The position numbers and the translations under genes are program-made. Source: Thermodesulfobacteriota bacterium (GTDB taxonomy: Bacteria; Desulfobacterota_D; UBA1144; Nemesobacterales; UBA2774). From it: a stretch of DNA of 64,000 nucleotides. The notes beneath the pieces were generated by a model that had not been told where the DNA came from, made no database searches, and saw only the letters and a program-made list of their open reading frames with translations. Of this stretch, positions 1 to 9,465 are shown one piece after another; within the stretch, counting starts at the first letter, position 1; the number at the start of each line of letters is the position of its first letter. The stretch covers positions 1,472,001 through 1,536,000 of the forward strand of contig OY729416.1 of the NCBI GenBank assembly GCA_963422265.1. Direction: 5' to 3'.

Positions 1-1
1 A

Positions 2-392
2 ATGGGTAAAGGCGAAATAGAAGAGATAAAGAAGGTATTCAGAGAAGTTTTTGAGGAGTCGAGAAAGGAAACGAAAGCAGACCTGCAAAGAATAGAGGAT
101 AGAATAGATGACAGGTTTAATAGAATAGAGGGCAAGTTTGGTGAAGTAGAATATAAGTTTGAAAAAAGATTTAGTGAAATAGAAGATAAATTCGAGCATA
201 GGTTTAATAAAGTAGATGATAAGTTTGCGAAGGCATGAAGATAAATTTGATAATGTTAATAAAGAGGTTGCGGGAATAAATGCAACCATTAGTGAGAAAT
301 TCGCGGAATTGTATAAGTAGCAGGTTGGAATTTTACTTGCGTTTCTCACTAGTATGGTTCTTCTAATTTTTGGGGACGTAATCCTGAAATAA
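2..392 (+). pseudogene. Coiled-coil repeat protein with C-terminal TM helix (DUF1640/Bdr-like), disrupted
   Basis: ORF 2-238 has 11-aa repeats (IEDKFEHRFNK-type). After a +1 shift near 235 it continues EDKFDNVNKEVAGINATISEKFAELYK*QVGILLAFLTSMVLLIFGDVILK* with an in-frame TAG. The 5' end may lie outside the window. Confidence 0.6.
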
Positions 393-460
393 GCTGTGCT
401 CTTCTAAACAATCAGCTCTACTACTGAGCGAACAATACTAAAAACTACACGTCAAAAACT

Positions 461-488
461 TGGATTCTCGCTCGGGGGTGGGAATGAC
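461..488 (+). repeat. Degenerate REP/RPE-like half element (GGATTC...GGAATGAC)
   Basis: tggattctcgctcgggggtgggaatgac; the same GATTC...GAATGAC frame recurs at 3244-3266. Confidence 0.5.
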
Positions 489-659
489 GGGTAGGGTATT
501 ACTGGTATGGCGGTAGTACCATACTGTCCTTCCTATTTGGATGTTTCCCCATACGTATCAAGCAGGAAGTGGGAATGAATTAAAGACTAGAGTTCTGGGG
601 CACAGGCTCGGACTTGGAATCTGCCTGCTAGCCCTCATCGCTGTTAATACTCGGTCTCT

Positions 660-1463
660 TTAAGATAACGGGTTGGCAGACTTATTTCGTATATTGTTTA
701 ACAGTTTTGACGCTTTATTAGAATACTTAGCGCTCGGGTATTCCTGAATGAGTTGGCTCAGAGCCTTTCTCGCAAGATCAAACTCATTCTGCTTAACGTA
801 AGCCTCTCCCAAAAGATATAATGCCTCTTCAAGCCGCTTGGTGTCTTTGTAATTCGTAACTACTACGCTGTATCTACTTGCGGCAGCTCTGTAATTTTTA
901 CGCTTAGAGTAAAAATTGCCTATATAAATCTCGCGCTTTGCGAGCCTATCTCTGCACTTAGCTATCTTCTTTTGAGCCTCAGCAATCAATGAAGAATCTG
1001 GATGTTTAGAAATGAATTCGTTAAACCATTTAATAGCGGTTCTGGCGCTTGTAGGGTCTTTTTCAGCATTTGATAGCCTCTCAAAATAAGAAAGGGCTAA
1101 GCGGTAAGTAGCGTACCCTACCTCTTTATGTCTAGGGTGACGCTCTATAAACTCCTCGTATCCAACGGAGGCTTCCTCATACTCACCCTTTTCAAAGTAG
1201 GCATCAGCCGTCCTAAGCTCCGCAAGGACCGCATAAGGACTATAGGTGTATCTAAGTTGCACCTCCTTAAGAAGTTCAAATATCCTATCGTAATCCCGCG
1301 CAGAAAAAATCCACAGAAAACCCCTGTCGGCGGACTCCATCTCTTCAATAGCAACCTCATATAACTGCTTGTCCGTCAATCCCCTAGGGAGTTTTTTGGA
1401 ACCACAGCTAATAATGAAAAAGGGTGAAATAGTAATAAGCAACATCGCAATTATTTTTGTCAT
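660..1463 (-). CDS. bamD: Outer membrane protein assembly factor BamD (TPR lipoprotein)
   Basis: Lipobox IISC, TPR repeats, BamD-like motifs YPYSPYA, 'DPTSARTA', 'LAKREIYIGNFY'. Confidence 0.9.
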   Translation of the reverse strand: MTKIIAMLLITISPFFIISCGSKKLPRGLTDKQLYEVAIEEMESADRGFLWIFSARDYDRIFELLKEVQLRYTYSPYAVLAELRTADAYFEKGEYEEASVGYEEFIERHPRHKEVGYATYRLALSYFERLSNAEKDPTSARTAIKWFNEFISKHPDSSLIAEAQKKIAKCRDRLAKREIYIGNFYSKRKNYRAAASRYSVVVTNYKDTKRLEEALYLLGEAYVKQNEFDLARKALSQLIQEYPSAKYSNKASKLLNNIRNKSANPLS

Positions 1464-1562
1464 AGGCTTTATAGTATGGACAAAAGCCTAAGTGTCAAGT
1501 GCAGTTGACGCGTTAGGGGGGGGGGTAGAAGTAGGCAAGCTGGGAAGGTAGGGATTCTCATT

Positions 1563-1599
1563 CCCTGTATCCCTCTGGGAGAGGGATACAGGGTGAGGG
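1563..1599. repeat. 14-bp perfect inverted repeat, GGGAGAGGG..GGGTGAGGG-type element
   Basis: ccctgtatccctct-ggg-agagggatacaggg followed by tgaggg; related CCCTCACCCC motifs at 37587, ~55785 and 61728. Confidence 0.65.
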
Positions 1600-1713
1600 A
1601 CATGGATTTTTGGGATGGAATGAAATGATAGGCTATGATTAAAAGAATAAAGAACAAATCCTCCCAATGTGTCCCCCTTTAGATAAAGGAGAGTGCTAGG
1701 GGAGAATAATAAA

Positions 1714-1755
1714 GAGACCCAGCGGTTGAGGTTATCGTCTCAACCGCTGGGTCTC
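1714..1755 (-). terminator. Rho-independent terminator of the porin gene
   Basis: 17-bp inverted repeat gagacccagcggttgag/ctcaaccgctgggtctc followed on the minus strand by a T-rich run, about 75 nt after the porin stop. Confidence 0.75.
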
Positions 1756-1831
1756 AGAGGTTCTAAAACCAGAATAAAAAAGGAGATGACTTAGTTTTTA
1801 ACAACCTTTATTCAAGCTCGCTCAGACGATC

Positions 1832-3085
1832 TTAAAAATACGCCTGAAGCTGAAGAGCGAATGTGTTTTCTTCTTTATCTTTTTTAGCACCCGTATATTC
1901 ATTCGTCGTGCGCAGGTACTCAGCCTGAATCTTCCATCTGTGGTCGCCCGAGAGATAGTAGTTAACCGCTGAGCTAATCGTCCATTTCTTATCGTCCCCG
2001 CCTTCAGCTAATTCTAAATCTTTGACCTTCGTATCATAATCTATCAATGAATACCTTCCAGTAACTTCAAGCTTTTTAGGAACTATGAAAGCGCCCGCCT
2101 GAACGTTGTAGCCAGAATCATAAGCCTCACCCACGTCCTTTTTTGGTCCAGATTGGGGATCTATCCATCTGCCGTAGTAGGAACCCTGAACGTTGAAAAT
2201 CGGCATCTTAAAGCTCGCGTCAGCAGTGATTAACCTCAGATCAACTTTATCACCTTCGGCTCCTGTTTTGTCTGAAAAATCAAGAGCTGTAAGCCTTTTA
2301 CAGTGTCCCTTACCGTCCGGAGTTCTTACTCCACAATTAAAGTCAGACATCATTGCTCCACCTATGCCAACCACGAACGTATGAGCCTTAGCGAAGTTGG
2401 GCTTAATGCTATAAGCGCTTCCAGTAGCGTAAGAGGAACCAGCCTTAAACTTATCGCCCTTTCCCCCATAACCGAACTGAATCCTACCAGCGTAAAGCAT
2501 TTCTGATATGTCTCCTTGACCAGCCGAGTCATTTTTCCCAGCGCCGTTAAACGCGCCAAATGAATATGAGAAGTTATTCATAGGACCAAACCCACCCATA
2601 ATCGCTGCGCCAAGGTCTCTGCCCAATCCAAATTCCGAGTTGACAATAGACCTGTTAATGAACTGAAGTGCTGAAGACGAGGTAAGTTCCTGTCTGTTAA
2701 AAGGAACCTTCCACTGCCCAATCCTAGGGATAAAACTATTATTACGCGCTACAGTGAAATACATATCCCTCATGTCCAGTGTCTTGGGTGTGTTAATCTG
2801 GACGGTGTAGAGGAACCAGGGTTGATAAGCATATCCGTTCCATTTGAACCTGAGCCTCGGAACGCTGAAGTTTGTCGTATTATTATCATCTGAGTCCTCC
2901 ATCTCCAAACGAAATTGACCCCTTGCCCTGAACTTCATCTTGAACTCATCGCCAGCTTGAAGAGTCAGACCCTTCTTATACTTAATCTTAAACTTGTCAT
3001 ACCAAGCGTCTTGCGCCTGAGCGTCAGCGCCGAGAAAAGACAAGCCTAACATTGCCATTAAAAGCAGCCTTAATAATGATTTCAT
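1832..3085 (-). CDS. Phosphate-selective porin OprO/OprP family
   Basis: Signal peptide, 'GQWKVPFNRQELTSSSALQFINRS' porin O/P motif, C-terminal Phe, RBS ggagg, adjacent to phoBR with a Pho box upstream. Confidence 0.85.
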   Translation of the reverse strand: MKSLLRLLLMAMLGLSFLGADAQAQDAWYDKFKIKYKKGLTLQAGDEFKMKFRARGQFRLEMEDSDDNNTTNFSVPRLRFKWNGYAYQPWFLYTVQINTPKTLDMRDMYFTVARNNSFIPRIGQWKVPFNRQELTSSSALQFINRSIVNSEFGLGRDLGAAIMGGFGPMNNFSYSFGAFNGAGKNDSAGQGDISEMLYAGRIQFGYGGKGDKFKAGSSYATGSAYSIKPNFAKAHTFVVGIGGAMMSDFNCGVRTPDGKGHCKRLTALDFSDKTGAEGDKVDLRLITADASFKMPIFNVQGSYYGRWIDPQSGPKKDVGEAYDSGYNVQAGAFIVPKKLEVTGRYSLIDYDTKVKDLELAEGGDDKKWTISSAVNYYLSGDHRWKIQAEYLRTTNEYTGAKKDKEENTFALQLQAYF

Positions 3086-3141
3086 CTCTCAACCTCCTCC
3101 TTACATAAAAATAGATTTTGGATTACAAGATATAGAAGGAA

Positions 3142-3180
3142 AGTAAATTTGATGTGAAAGTAAAGTTAAGGAATTGTTAA
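3142..3180 (-). promoter_or_regulatory. Putative Pho box (four 11-bp-spaced TT(A/C/T)AC(A/T) repeats) upstream of the porin
   Basis: Minus strand ttaaca-N5-ttaact-N5-ttcaca-N5-tttact with exact 11-nt period, typical of PhoB/PhoP tandem sites. Confidence 0.7.
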
Positions 3181-3243
3181 GAGAGGCGTGGCGTTCTTGT
3201 AAGAGGAAGTGGTTGGCTATAGTCTGTTTTTGGTTAAAAATTT

Positions 3244-3487
3244 AGATTCCTCAGACTCAGAATGACAGGGATGAGGGACGAAAGACACGCGGAAATCGTC
3301 TCCTGAGGGGGCTTATCCCTGCAGTTATATTAAGCAGGGACAGGAATCCAGGGGGGGATAGAGAAACCACGCCTGTTCCCAACCCGATTGGGAACAGGTT
3401 ACCCCTACAGCTTAGAATAATGAAAGAGAGTTAAAGAGAGAAGATAAAACCCTGAAACGAGTTCAGGGCAGGCAGGGCTAGAATGAC
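3244..3487. repeat. Cluster of short palindromic elements between porin and phoB
   Basis: agattcc..gaatgac (3244), atccctgc..gcagggac (3315-3341), cctgttcccaa..ttgggaacagg (3372-3398), ccctgaaacgagttcaggg (3450-3468), gaatgac (3481). Confidence 0.7.
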
Positions 3488-3540
3488 GATTCAGGAGTAA
3501 GGGAAAGATAGGGAATAATTACTACTAGGAGAAGCTCATT

Positions 3541-4233
3541 ATGACTGAAAAGCTGATTGCGATAGTTGATGACGAAGAAGATATAGTCAAGCTAGTGAGT
3601 CACCACCTAAAGAGGGAGGGATTCAGGGTTAAGGAATTTCACAACGGTAGGGACTTTCTCTCCTACATAGAATCAGTAGTGCCTGATATGGCGGTGCTTG
3701 ATCTTATGCTGCCCGGCATAGATGGACTTGAAATCTGCAAAATCCTAAAAAGCAAGAGCTCTACCGCCGCCGTTCCCATCATAATGCTAACGGCGAAGGC
3801 GACTGAAGCCGACATAGTCGTCGGGCTTGAGATCGGGGCTGATGACTACGTAGTAAAACCCTTTAGCCCGCGCGAGTTCGTAGCCAGAGTAAAAACCATC
3901 CTAAGGCGAACGGTGAATAGCGAGGTGGAAGACAACGTTATCAAGGTAGGTCCGCTTAGCATTAATACCGGCACTTATGAGGTAACAGTTGAGAAAAACA
4001 AGGTAATCCTAACCACTACGGAATTCAAAATCCTCGAAGCGCTTGCCAACGGTAGGGGCAGGGTATTCACAAGAGACCAACTACTCAAAAAGAAACGCCT
4101 CTGGGGCGACGACAAGCTGGTTTACGACCGAACGATTGACGTTCACATCAAAAACCTCAGGGAAAAGCTTGGAATTGCGGGTAATATGATTAAAACTGTA
4201 AGGAGCATAGGTTATAAATTAGAGGAAGAGTAA
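3541..4233 (+). CDS. phoB: OmpR/PhoB-family response regulator
   Basis: Receiver domain plus winged helix ('DRTIDVHIKNLREKL'), context with PhoR-like kinase and phosphate porin. Confidence 0.8.
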   Translation: MTEKLIAIVDDEEDIVKLVSHHLKREGFRVKEFHNGRDFLSYIESVVPDMAVLDLMLPGIDGLEICKILKSKSSTAAVPIIMLTAKATEADIVVGLEIGADDYVVKPFSPREFVARVKTILRRTVNSEVEDNVIKVGPLSINTGTYEVTVEKNKVILTTTEFKILEALANGRGRVFTRDQLLKKKRLWGDDKLVYDRTIDVHIKNLREKLGIAGNMIKTVRSIGYKLEEE

Positions 4234-4240
4234 GAACCGT

Positions 4241-6034
4241 TTGAGTATATTTTGGAAACAGTTCATTTCCAGCTTTCTAATCATATTCCTCGTCCTATTC
4301 TTATTTACTTTCCTCGTAATAGGCGAATTAAAGAAATACGATGCCTCCCTGACAAAAGAGAGGCTTCTGACGGCGGCTGGGCTAATTAGCGAAGCCTTCA
4401 AACCTTCCCTGCCAGAACTTAAACCGATCCCTGCTCAGAGACGGGGACACGTTGAGATACAAAACCTAGTGTTGAACCTAGGTGAGAAAACAGGCGTAAG
4501 AATCACGGTATTAGACCAAGATGGCAGGGCGCTTGGCGATTCAAAAAAAAGCCCCAGACAATGGGAAAACTATTCCGATAAACCCGAAGTTAAGGAAGCT
4601 ATACAAAATCGCATAGGGGAAAACAAGCGTTACAGCGGGACGATTCAAAAACAGATGCTTTACGTGGCGGTCCCGCTCAGAGACGAAAATGGAAAGGTAA
4701 ACCTAATTATACGTACGGCGCTTCCGCTTAATGCTATTCAGCGAACCCTTGCGCCCATAGAGTCCAAAGTCATATATCTGGGCGTGGTTCTCACGGTAGT
4801 AGCATTACTGATCTCGCTTGCGGTCTCAAAAACAATCACAAAATCCCTTCAGTCAATCATCAACGTTTCAGAAGAACTAGCTAAAGGCAACCTGAACGTA
4901 AACATCCCGATTATGCACAGCAAGGGTGAAATACCTAAAATAACGAAAGCGCTACACCAGATGGCTCAAAAATTAAACGAGCTTTTTAATCAGCTTTCCC
5001 GCGAAAAGAACCAGCTCGAAGCCGTATTAAGCGCTATGGGCGAGGGCGTTATGGTTATATCCAACGAGGGAAAGGTAACTATTGTAAATAATGCGCTAAA
5101 GGAAATGTTCAATTTCAAAGACGACCCTTGCCAAAAGCTATACTGGGAAATACTGAGAAACAAGGAAATCATAAGGCTGGTGGAGTTCTCGCTCGAAAGC
5201 TGGACTCCTGAAATCAGGGAAATATCGTCTCTTTATCCTGACGAAAGATGCTACTTGGCAAACGCAATACCGATCAATTCTCCTACTAGAGAAATCATCC
5301 TTGTAATGTTCAACATAACCGACTTTAAGAGATTAGAAAAGATTAAGGCGGATTTCATAGCTAACGTATCGCACGAACTAAGAACCCCACTAACGGCTAT
5401 AAAGGGCTACACGGAAACCCTTGAAGAAGGCGCTTATGAAAATCAGAACGACCAGATGCACTTCCTAAGAATTATCAGCAGAAACGCCGACAGGCTAATA
5501 AACATCGTATCCGATCTCTTGGTGCTCTCGGAGGTTGAAAGCAGAGACTCATCATCGGGTGAAAATGCTACGTCCGACTTTGAAGACGTTAATATAAGCG
5601 CCTCAATAAAGTCCATCCTGGAAGCCCTCAAATCTAAAATCGGAGAGAAACTCCTGGAGGTAAACCTGAGCAACGCAAACGGCGACCACAAGATCAAAGC
5701 GAACAGGTTTTTAATTGAGCAGATGCTCATAAACCTTATAGACAACGCGGTAAAATACACCCCGGACGGCGGGAAGATACGCATAGGCGTCTCCAGCGAC
5801 GACTCACAGCTAAGGATAGAAGTAGAGGATACGGGCATCGGCATTGGCAAAGAGCACCTGCCAAGAATCTTTGAGCGGTTTTACAGAGTGGATAGAACCC
5901 GCTCCAGAAGCATGGGAGGAACGGGTCTCGGTTTGAGTATAGTTAAGCATATAGTTATCACGCACGGCGGCAAAATAGAGGTTCAAAGCGAAGAAGGGAA
6001 GGGAAGCAAATTTACAATCGCGATGCCTCGCTAG
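4241..6034 (+). CDS. phoR: PhoR-type sensor histidine kinase (TM-HAMP-PAS-HisKA-HATPase)
   Basis: 'DFIANVSHELRTPLT', 'FERFYRVDRTRSRSMGGTGLGLSIVKH', TTG start. Confidence 0.85.
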   Translation: MSIFWKQFISSFLIIFLVLFLFTFLVIGELKKYDASLTKERLLTAAGLISEAFKPSLPELKPIPAQRRGHVEIQNLVLNLGEKTGVRITVLDQDGRALGDSKKSPRQWENYSDKPEVKEAIQNRIGENKRYSGTIQKQMLYVAVPLRDENGKVNLIIRTALPLNAIQRTLAPIESKVIYLGVVLTVVALLISLAVSKTITKSLQSIINVSEELAKGNLNVNIPIMHSKGEIPKITKALHQMAQKLNELFNQLSREKNQLEAVLSAMGEGVMVISNEGKVTIVNNALKEMFNFKDDPCQKLYWEILRNKEIIRLVEFSLESWTPEIREISSLYPDERCYLANAIPINSPTREIILVMFNITDFKRLEKIKADFIANVSHELRTPLTAIKGYTETLEEGAYENQNDQMHFLRIISRNADRLINIVSDLLVLSEVESRDSSSGENATSDFEDVNISASIKSILEALKSKIGEKLLEVNLSNANGDHKIKANRFLIEQMLINLIDNAVKYTPDGGKIRIGVSSDDSQLRIEVEDTGIGIGKEHLPRIFERFYRVDRTRSRSMGGTGLGLSIVKHIVITHGGKIEVQSEEGKGSKFTIAMPR

Positions 6035-6232
6035 TGGAAAACGTCCAAGGATGAATGAACTTAGGCTATTTGAAAATCAAAACTAAATTCTAAATCCACC
6101 GAGGTATCACCACTCCTAATGTAGGCATCCCTTGACATCCCACCCGTTTGACAAACGCCAACACAAGTATTACTCTCACGAGTGCAGCTAACATTGACTG
6201 AGCGCAAGAATTGCAGAGACGGGGGCTGAGAG

Positions 6233-6577
6233 ATGCGTATAACCCGAAAGGGACAGGTAACAATACCGATTGCCATAAGGGAAAAAGCAGGCTTCTTGCC
6301 TAACACGGAAGTAGATTTTGTTATGGAAGATGGTGAGGTCAAAATAGTGAAAGCCCCTAGTCAAAAGGTTACGAAAGTGAGCGACGAATTCGTCAGGCAT
6401 TTCAAGGAAGCTGCAAAAAATTTGAAAGTGAGCGACGAATTCGTCAGGCATTTCAAGGAAGGCGCAAAAAAATGGAAAATGAGCGATTTGAGCACCGATG
6501 AAATCATGGAGATGACAAGAGACCGTAAACTAGGGGAAATACCTGCCCCGCTATCGAAAAAATACACCAGAAAATGA
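6233..6577 (+). CDS. AbrB/MazE/SpoVT-family antitoxin (VapB) with internal tandem duplication
   Basis: 'MRITRKGQVTIPIAIREKAG' AbrB fold; overlaps the vapC start (ATGA). Confidence 0.85.
   Translation: MRITRKGQVTIPIAIREKAGFLPNTEVDFVMEDGEVKIVKAPSQKVTKVSDEFVRHFKEAAKNLKVSDEFVRHFKEGAKKWKMSDLSTDEIMEMTRDRKLGEIPAPLSKKYTRK
6373..6486 (+). repeat. 51-bp in-frame tandem repeat (about 2.2 copies)
   Basis: gaaagtgagcgacgaattcgtcaggcatttcaaggaag at 6373 and 6424, partial at 6475; encodes KVSDEFVRHFKE(A/G)AK twice. Confidence 0.95.
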
Positions 6578-7014
6578 GAAAGCAAGCGGGTTCTGTGGCA
6601 CTCGTCGACAGCAACGTTATCATTGACCTGCTCAATCAAAACTCAGAATGGATGGACTGGGCTCTCGTTACAATTGCAAGGATGCGCAAAACCACAGCTC
6701 TAGTAATCAACCCTCTAATATACGCAGAGATTTCTGTTCATTTTGACACCCCGGAGGAATTGGAGGAAGTGGTTTCCCCTCACTTATTCGGACGAGAGAA
6801 ACTTCCATTCGAGGCAGCCTTTCTTGCCGGAAAATGTTTCCGTAAATACAGAAGGAGAAGGGGAGCAAAAACCTCTCCACTGCCGGACTTTTACATTGGG
6901 GCTCACGCGGCAGTTATGGAGTGGAGCCTACTGACACGCGACGAAACATACCGAACATATTTTCCCGAGCTTAAAATCATATCCCCAGCCTCTTTCCTAA
7001 CACAGTCACAGTAA
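6574..7014 (+). CDS. vapC: VapC PIN-domain toxin
   Basis: 'LVDSNVIID', 'PLPDFYIGAHA', 'LLTRD' PIN motifs. Confidence 0.9.
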   Translation: MRKQAGSVALVDSNVIIDLLNQNSEWMDWALVTIARMRKTTALVINPLIYAEISVHFDTPEELEEVVSPHLFGREKLPFEAAFLAGKCFRKYRRRRGAKTSPLPDFYIGAHAAVMEWSLLTRDETYRTYFPELKIISPASFLTQSQ

Positions 7015-7515
7015 TTATTCCTCCGCAGTTTGACGCTCGCCAAGTTGCGCGTCCAATATAATCAGGGCAGCTCCACTATCGCCAGCAAGTTTTAGCTTCT
7101 CTAGCACGTCGCTTGCACTTTTCTCTTCTTCCACCTGCTCCTGAATAAACCATTGAAGCTCTACCGCCGTCGCATGGTCATCCTCATTCAACGCCAGCTC
7201 ATAGAGCTTATTAATCATCCCAGTAACTTCCATCTCGTTATCCAGAACCTGCTGAAACATATTGGTCAAAGACTTAAACTGCGATTGAGGCTTACCAATA
7301 GCTTGCAAGGTAACTTGCGCTCCACGGTCTATAACGTAATCAAATAGCCTCATAGCGTGCCCAAGCTCTTCCTCGCTTTGCCTCCTCAGCCAGTTTGCGA
7401 ACCCCGCCATATTAATAGACTCACAATGAGCCGCCATAGAGAGATAAGTGTAAGATGCAAAGTACTCATTTTTAATCTGGTCATTCAGCGCGTTTAGCAA
7501 TTGTTTACTCAGCAT
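7015..7515 (-). CDS. ftnA: Non-heme ferritin
   Basis: 'LNDQIKNEYFASYTY', 'EEELGHA', 'WFIQEQVEEE' ferroxidase residues; ATG at 7515 after aaggagg. Confidence 0.9.
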   Translation of the reverse strand: MLSKQLLNALNDQIKNEYFASYTYLSMAAHCESINMAGFANWLRRQSEEELGHAMRLFDYVIDRGAQVTLQAIGKPQSQFKSLTNMFQQVLDNEMEVTGMINKLYELALNEDDHATAVELQWFIQEQVEEEKSASDVLEKLKLAGDSGAALIILDAQLGERQTAEE

Positions 7516-7603
7516 GTCAACCTCCTTCAATTGGATTATGTTATAATGCTAACCAAGTCTAAAATATATCAACCCCAAACATCTTTTGCCTTAATTATCC
7601 CAT

Positions 7604-7651
7604 ATAATGAGACTAAGTTCAAGTAGTTACCATATGCAAATAATTACCATC
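7604..7651. promoter_or_regulatory. Possible Fur-like operator sites upstream of ferritin
   Basis: ataatgagactaagttcaa and atgcaaataattaccat resemble Fur-box half-site arrays; degenerate. Confidence 0.35.
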
Positions 7652-8144
7652 TAATTTTTCAAGGGGCACCGCTTTGAGGCAACTCAGAGGTCGATAGAAA
7701 CTCTCGCTTCCTATACAGTCGTAACCCCTGAACGGCACTTACGCTTACTCCACCTTATCATTGCTCGCTTTCCTAGTTACTATAATAAGTCTCCCAGCTA
7801 GGCAAGTACCTAAATAGTTACGTGAAAGCAAAAAACTTGGACAATACATAACAGAATTCGGGAATAAGATATATTACATAGTGGGTTTCATTGTAGGCAT
7901 ATCTACAATAGTTACCATACTGGTAAACTTTCTTGGTTAATAGAGATTACCCCATAACTAGTTACTGAGTGGTACTTGCTCTAATTTAATGATCCTCATA
8001 AATCCCTAAAGCCTATCATCACCTACAGAGTTGGGACACGATGGCTTGGACGACTACCCAAGCAGGTCGCCTGTTGCGTTTTACCCCAATTTCACTATCA
8101 TTTGTCGTATAAAGCGCGTGCTTCAGCACGTGATAATTAAATAT

Positions 8145-9344
8145 ATGGATATTCTCACTGCCCTTGAAACGTCGTATAGATCAATAGCGGCAAACAAAAT
8201 CCGCTCCATATTGACAACGCTTGGGATTATCATAGGCGTCGCCGCGGTGATTATACTCATTTCCGTTACGCAGGGAGCCAAACGGAAAATTGAAGAACAG
8301 GTAACGGGGCTAGGTGGAAAATCGCTTATCATTAAGAGAGGGAAGAGAGGGGTTGAAGGTAATAAACTCATAAATCTTTCAGATAGAGACGTAGAAGCGA
8401 TAAAAAAATTAGAAACCGTGCAATATGCAGTACCCCTAAATGATACCGGATGGCAAGTTAGCAGAGGCGACAAGAGCTGGTTCACAACTATTCTAGGTAC
8501 CTCGCCAGATTTTGTATTTATAAACGATTGGTTCACTGGAAAGGGGAGTTTCTTTAATAGTCTTGACGTCCAGGGGTCAAAGAAAGTCTGCGCACTTGGA
8601 AGCACGGTGGCTGAGAGGTTATTTGGCAGTCAAAATCCCATACATCAACACGTAAGAATAAAAGATAACTCCTTCCTAGTAATCGGCGTTATGCGCCCGC
8701 TGGGTCCGACCCCGACAGGGAAGGGGCAGGATGATCTGATAATAATTCCTCACACTACGTATAAGAAAACAATAGAAGCATTTTCAACCTTAGAAGCCAT
8801 CTCGGTATCAGTAAAAAACAAGGAAGAGATATACGTTGCGGAGAAGGAGATAGGCAATCTGATAAGAGAGCGCAATAATCTAAGCCCCGACGATAAAGAC
8901 GCCTTCTACATACGAAATCAAACTTCGGTTATAAACAGAATCTTTACCATCACTAAAATAATGAGCGTCCTGCTTGGCGGTATCGCCTCAATTTCGCTTA
9001 TCGTAGGCGGCATCGGAATAATGAACATTATGCTCGTGTCGGTTAAAGAAAGAACCAAAGAAATTGGAATAAGATTAGCCGTGGGGGCAACGGAGAAGGA
9101 TATACTGACCCAGTTTTTAGTAGAGGCGATCCTGCTCTCGTCCGTAGGGGGTGCAATAGGCATTCTGGTTGGTATAGCAGGGTCTCATATAGCAACTAAT
9201 CTTACAAACTGGACAACTGCCGTAACGCCCGGCTCGATTCTCATCTCCTTTGGCTTCTCCGCCGCTATAGGAATATTTTTCGGATTATACCCTGCCGTTC
9301 AAGCCTCAAAGATGAACCCCATACAGGCTCTGAGATATGAGTGA
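8145..9344 (+). CDS. MacB/FtsX-family ABC transporter permease
   Basis: 'NKIRSILTTLGIIIGVAAV', 'GGIGIMNIMLVSVKERTKEIGIR', 'PIQALRYE'; ATG at 8145. Confidence 0.9.
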   Translation: MDILTALETSYRSIAANKIRSILTTLGIIIGVAAVIILISVTQGAKRKIEEQVTGLGGKSLIIKRGKRGVEGNKLINLSDRDVEAIKKLETVQYAVPLNDTGWQVSRGDKSWFTTILGTSPDFVFINDWFTGKGSFFNSLDVQGSKKVCALGSTVAERLFGSQNPIHQHVRIKDNSFLVIGVMRPLGPTPTGKGQDDLIIIPHTTYKKTIEAFSTLEAISVSVKNKEEIYVAEKEIGNLIRERNNLSPDDKDAFYIRNQTSVINRIFTITKIMSVLLGGIASISLIVGGIGIMNIMLVSVKERTKEIGIRLAVGATEKDILTQFLVEAILLSSVGGAIGILVGIAGSHIATNLTNWTTAVTPGSILISFGFSAAIGIFFGLYPAVQASKMNPIQALRYE

Positions 9345-9465
9345 CCCCGTCGCGTCACTCTTGTAAAAGTTATGCGTAAACCTATCTTTGATCGTAAGCG
9401 GAGCTCGTAAACCTAAAAAACAGGTAGCTTTTGCAGTCCCGAGCAACAAGCAAATTGATCGAGAA

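Noticed and set aside
6373-6486. Direct repeats with an internal palindrome as a mini CRISPR array
   Set aside because: Repeats are contiguous, in frame within an antitoxin, have no unique spacers, and no cas genes are present.
7660-8140. Long intergenic region as a gene, or as the N-terminal extension of the MacB-like ORF
   Set aside because: No recognisable homology in the frames I read; the family-typical start is the ATG at 8145.
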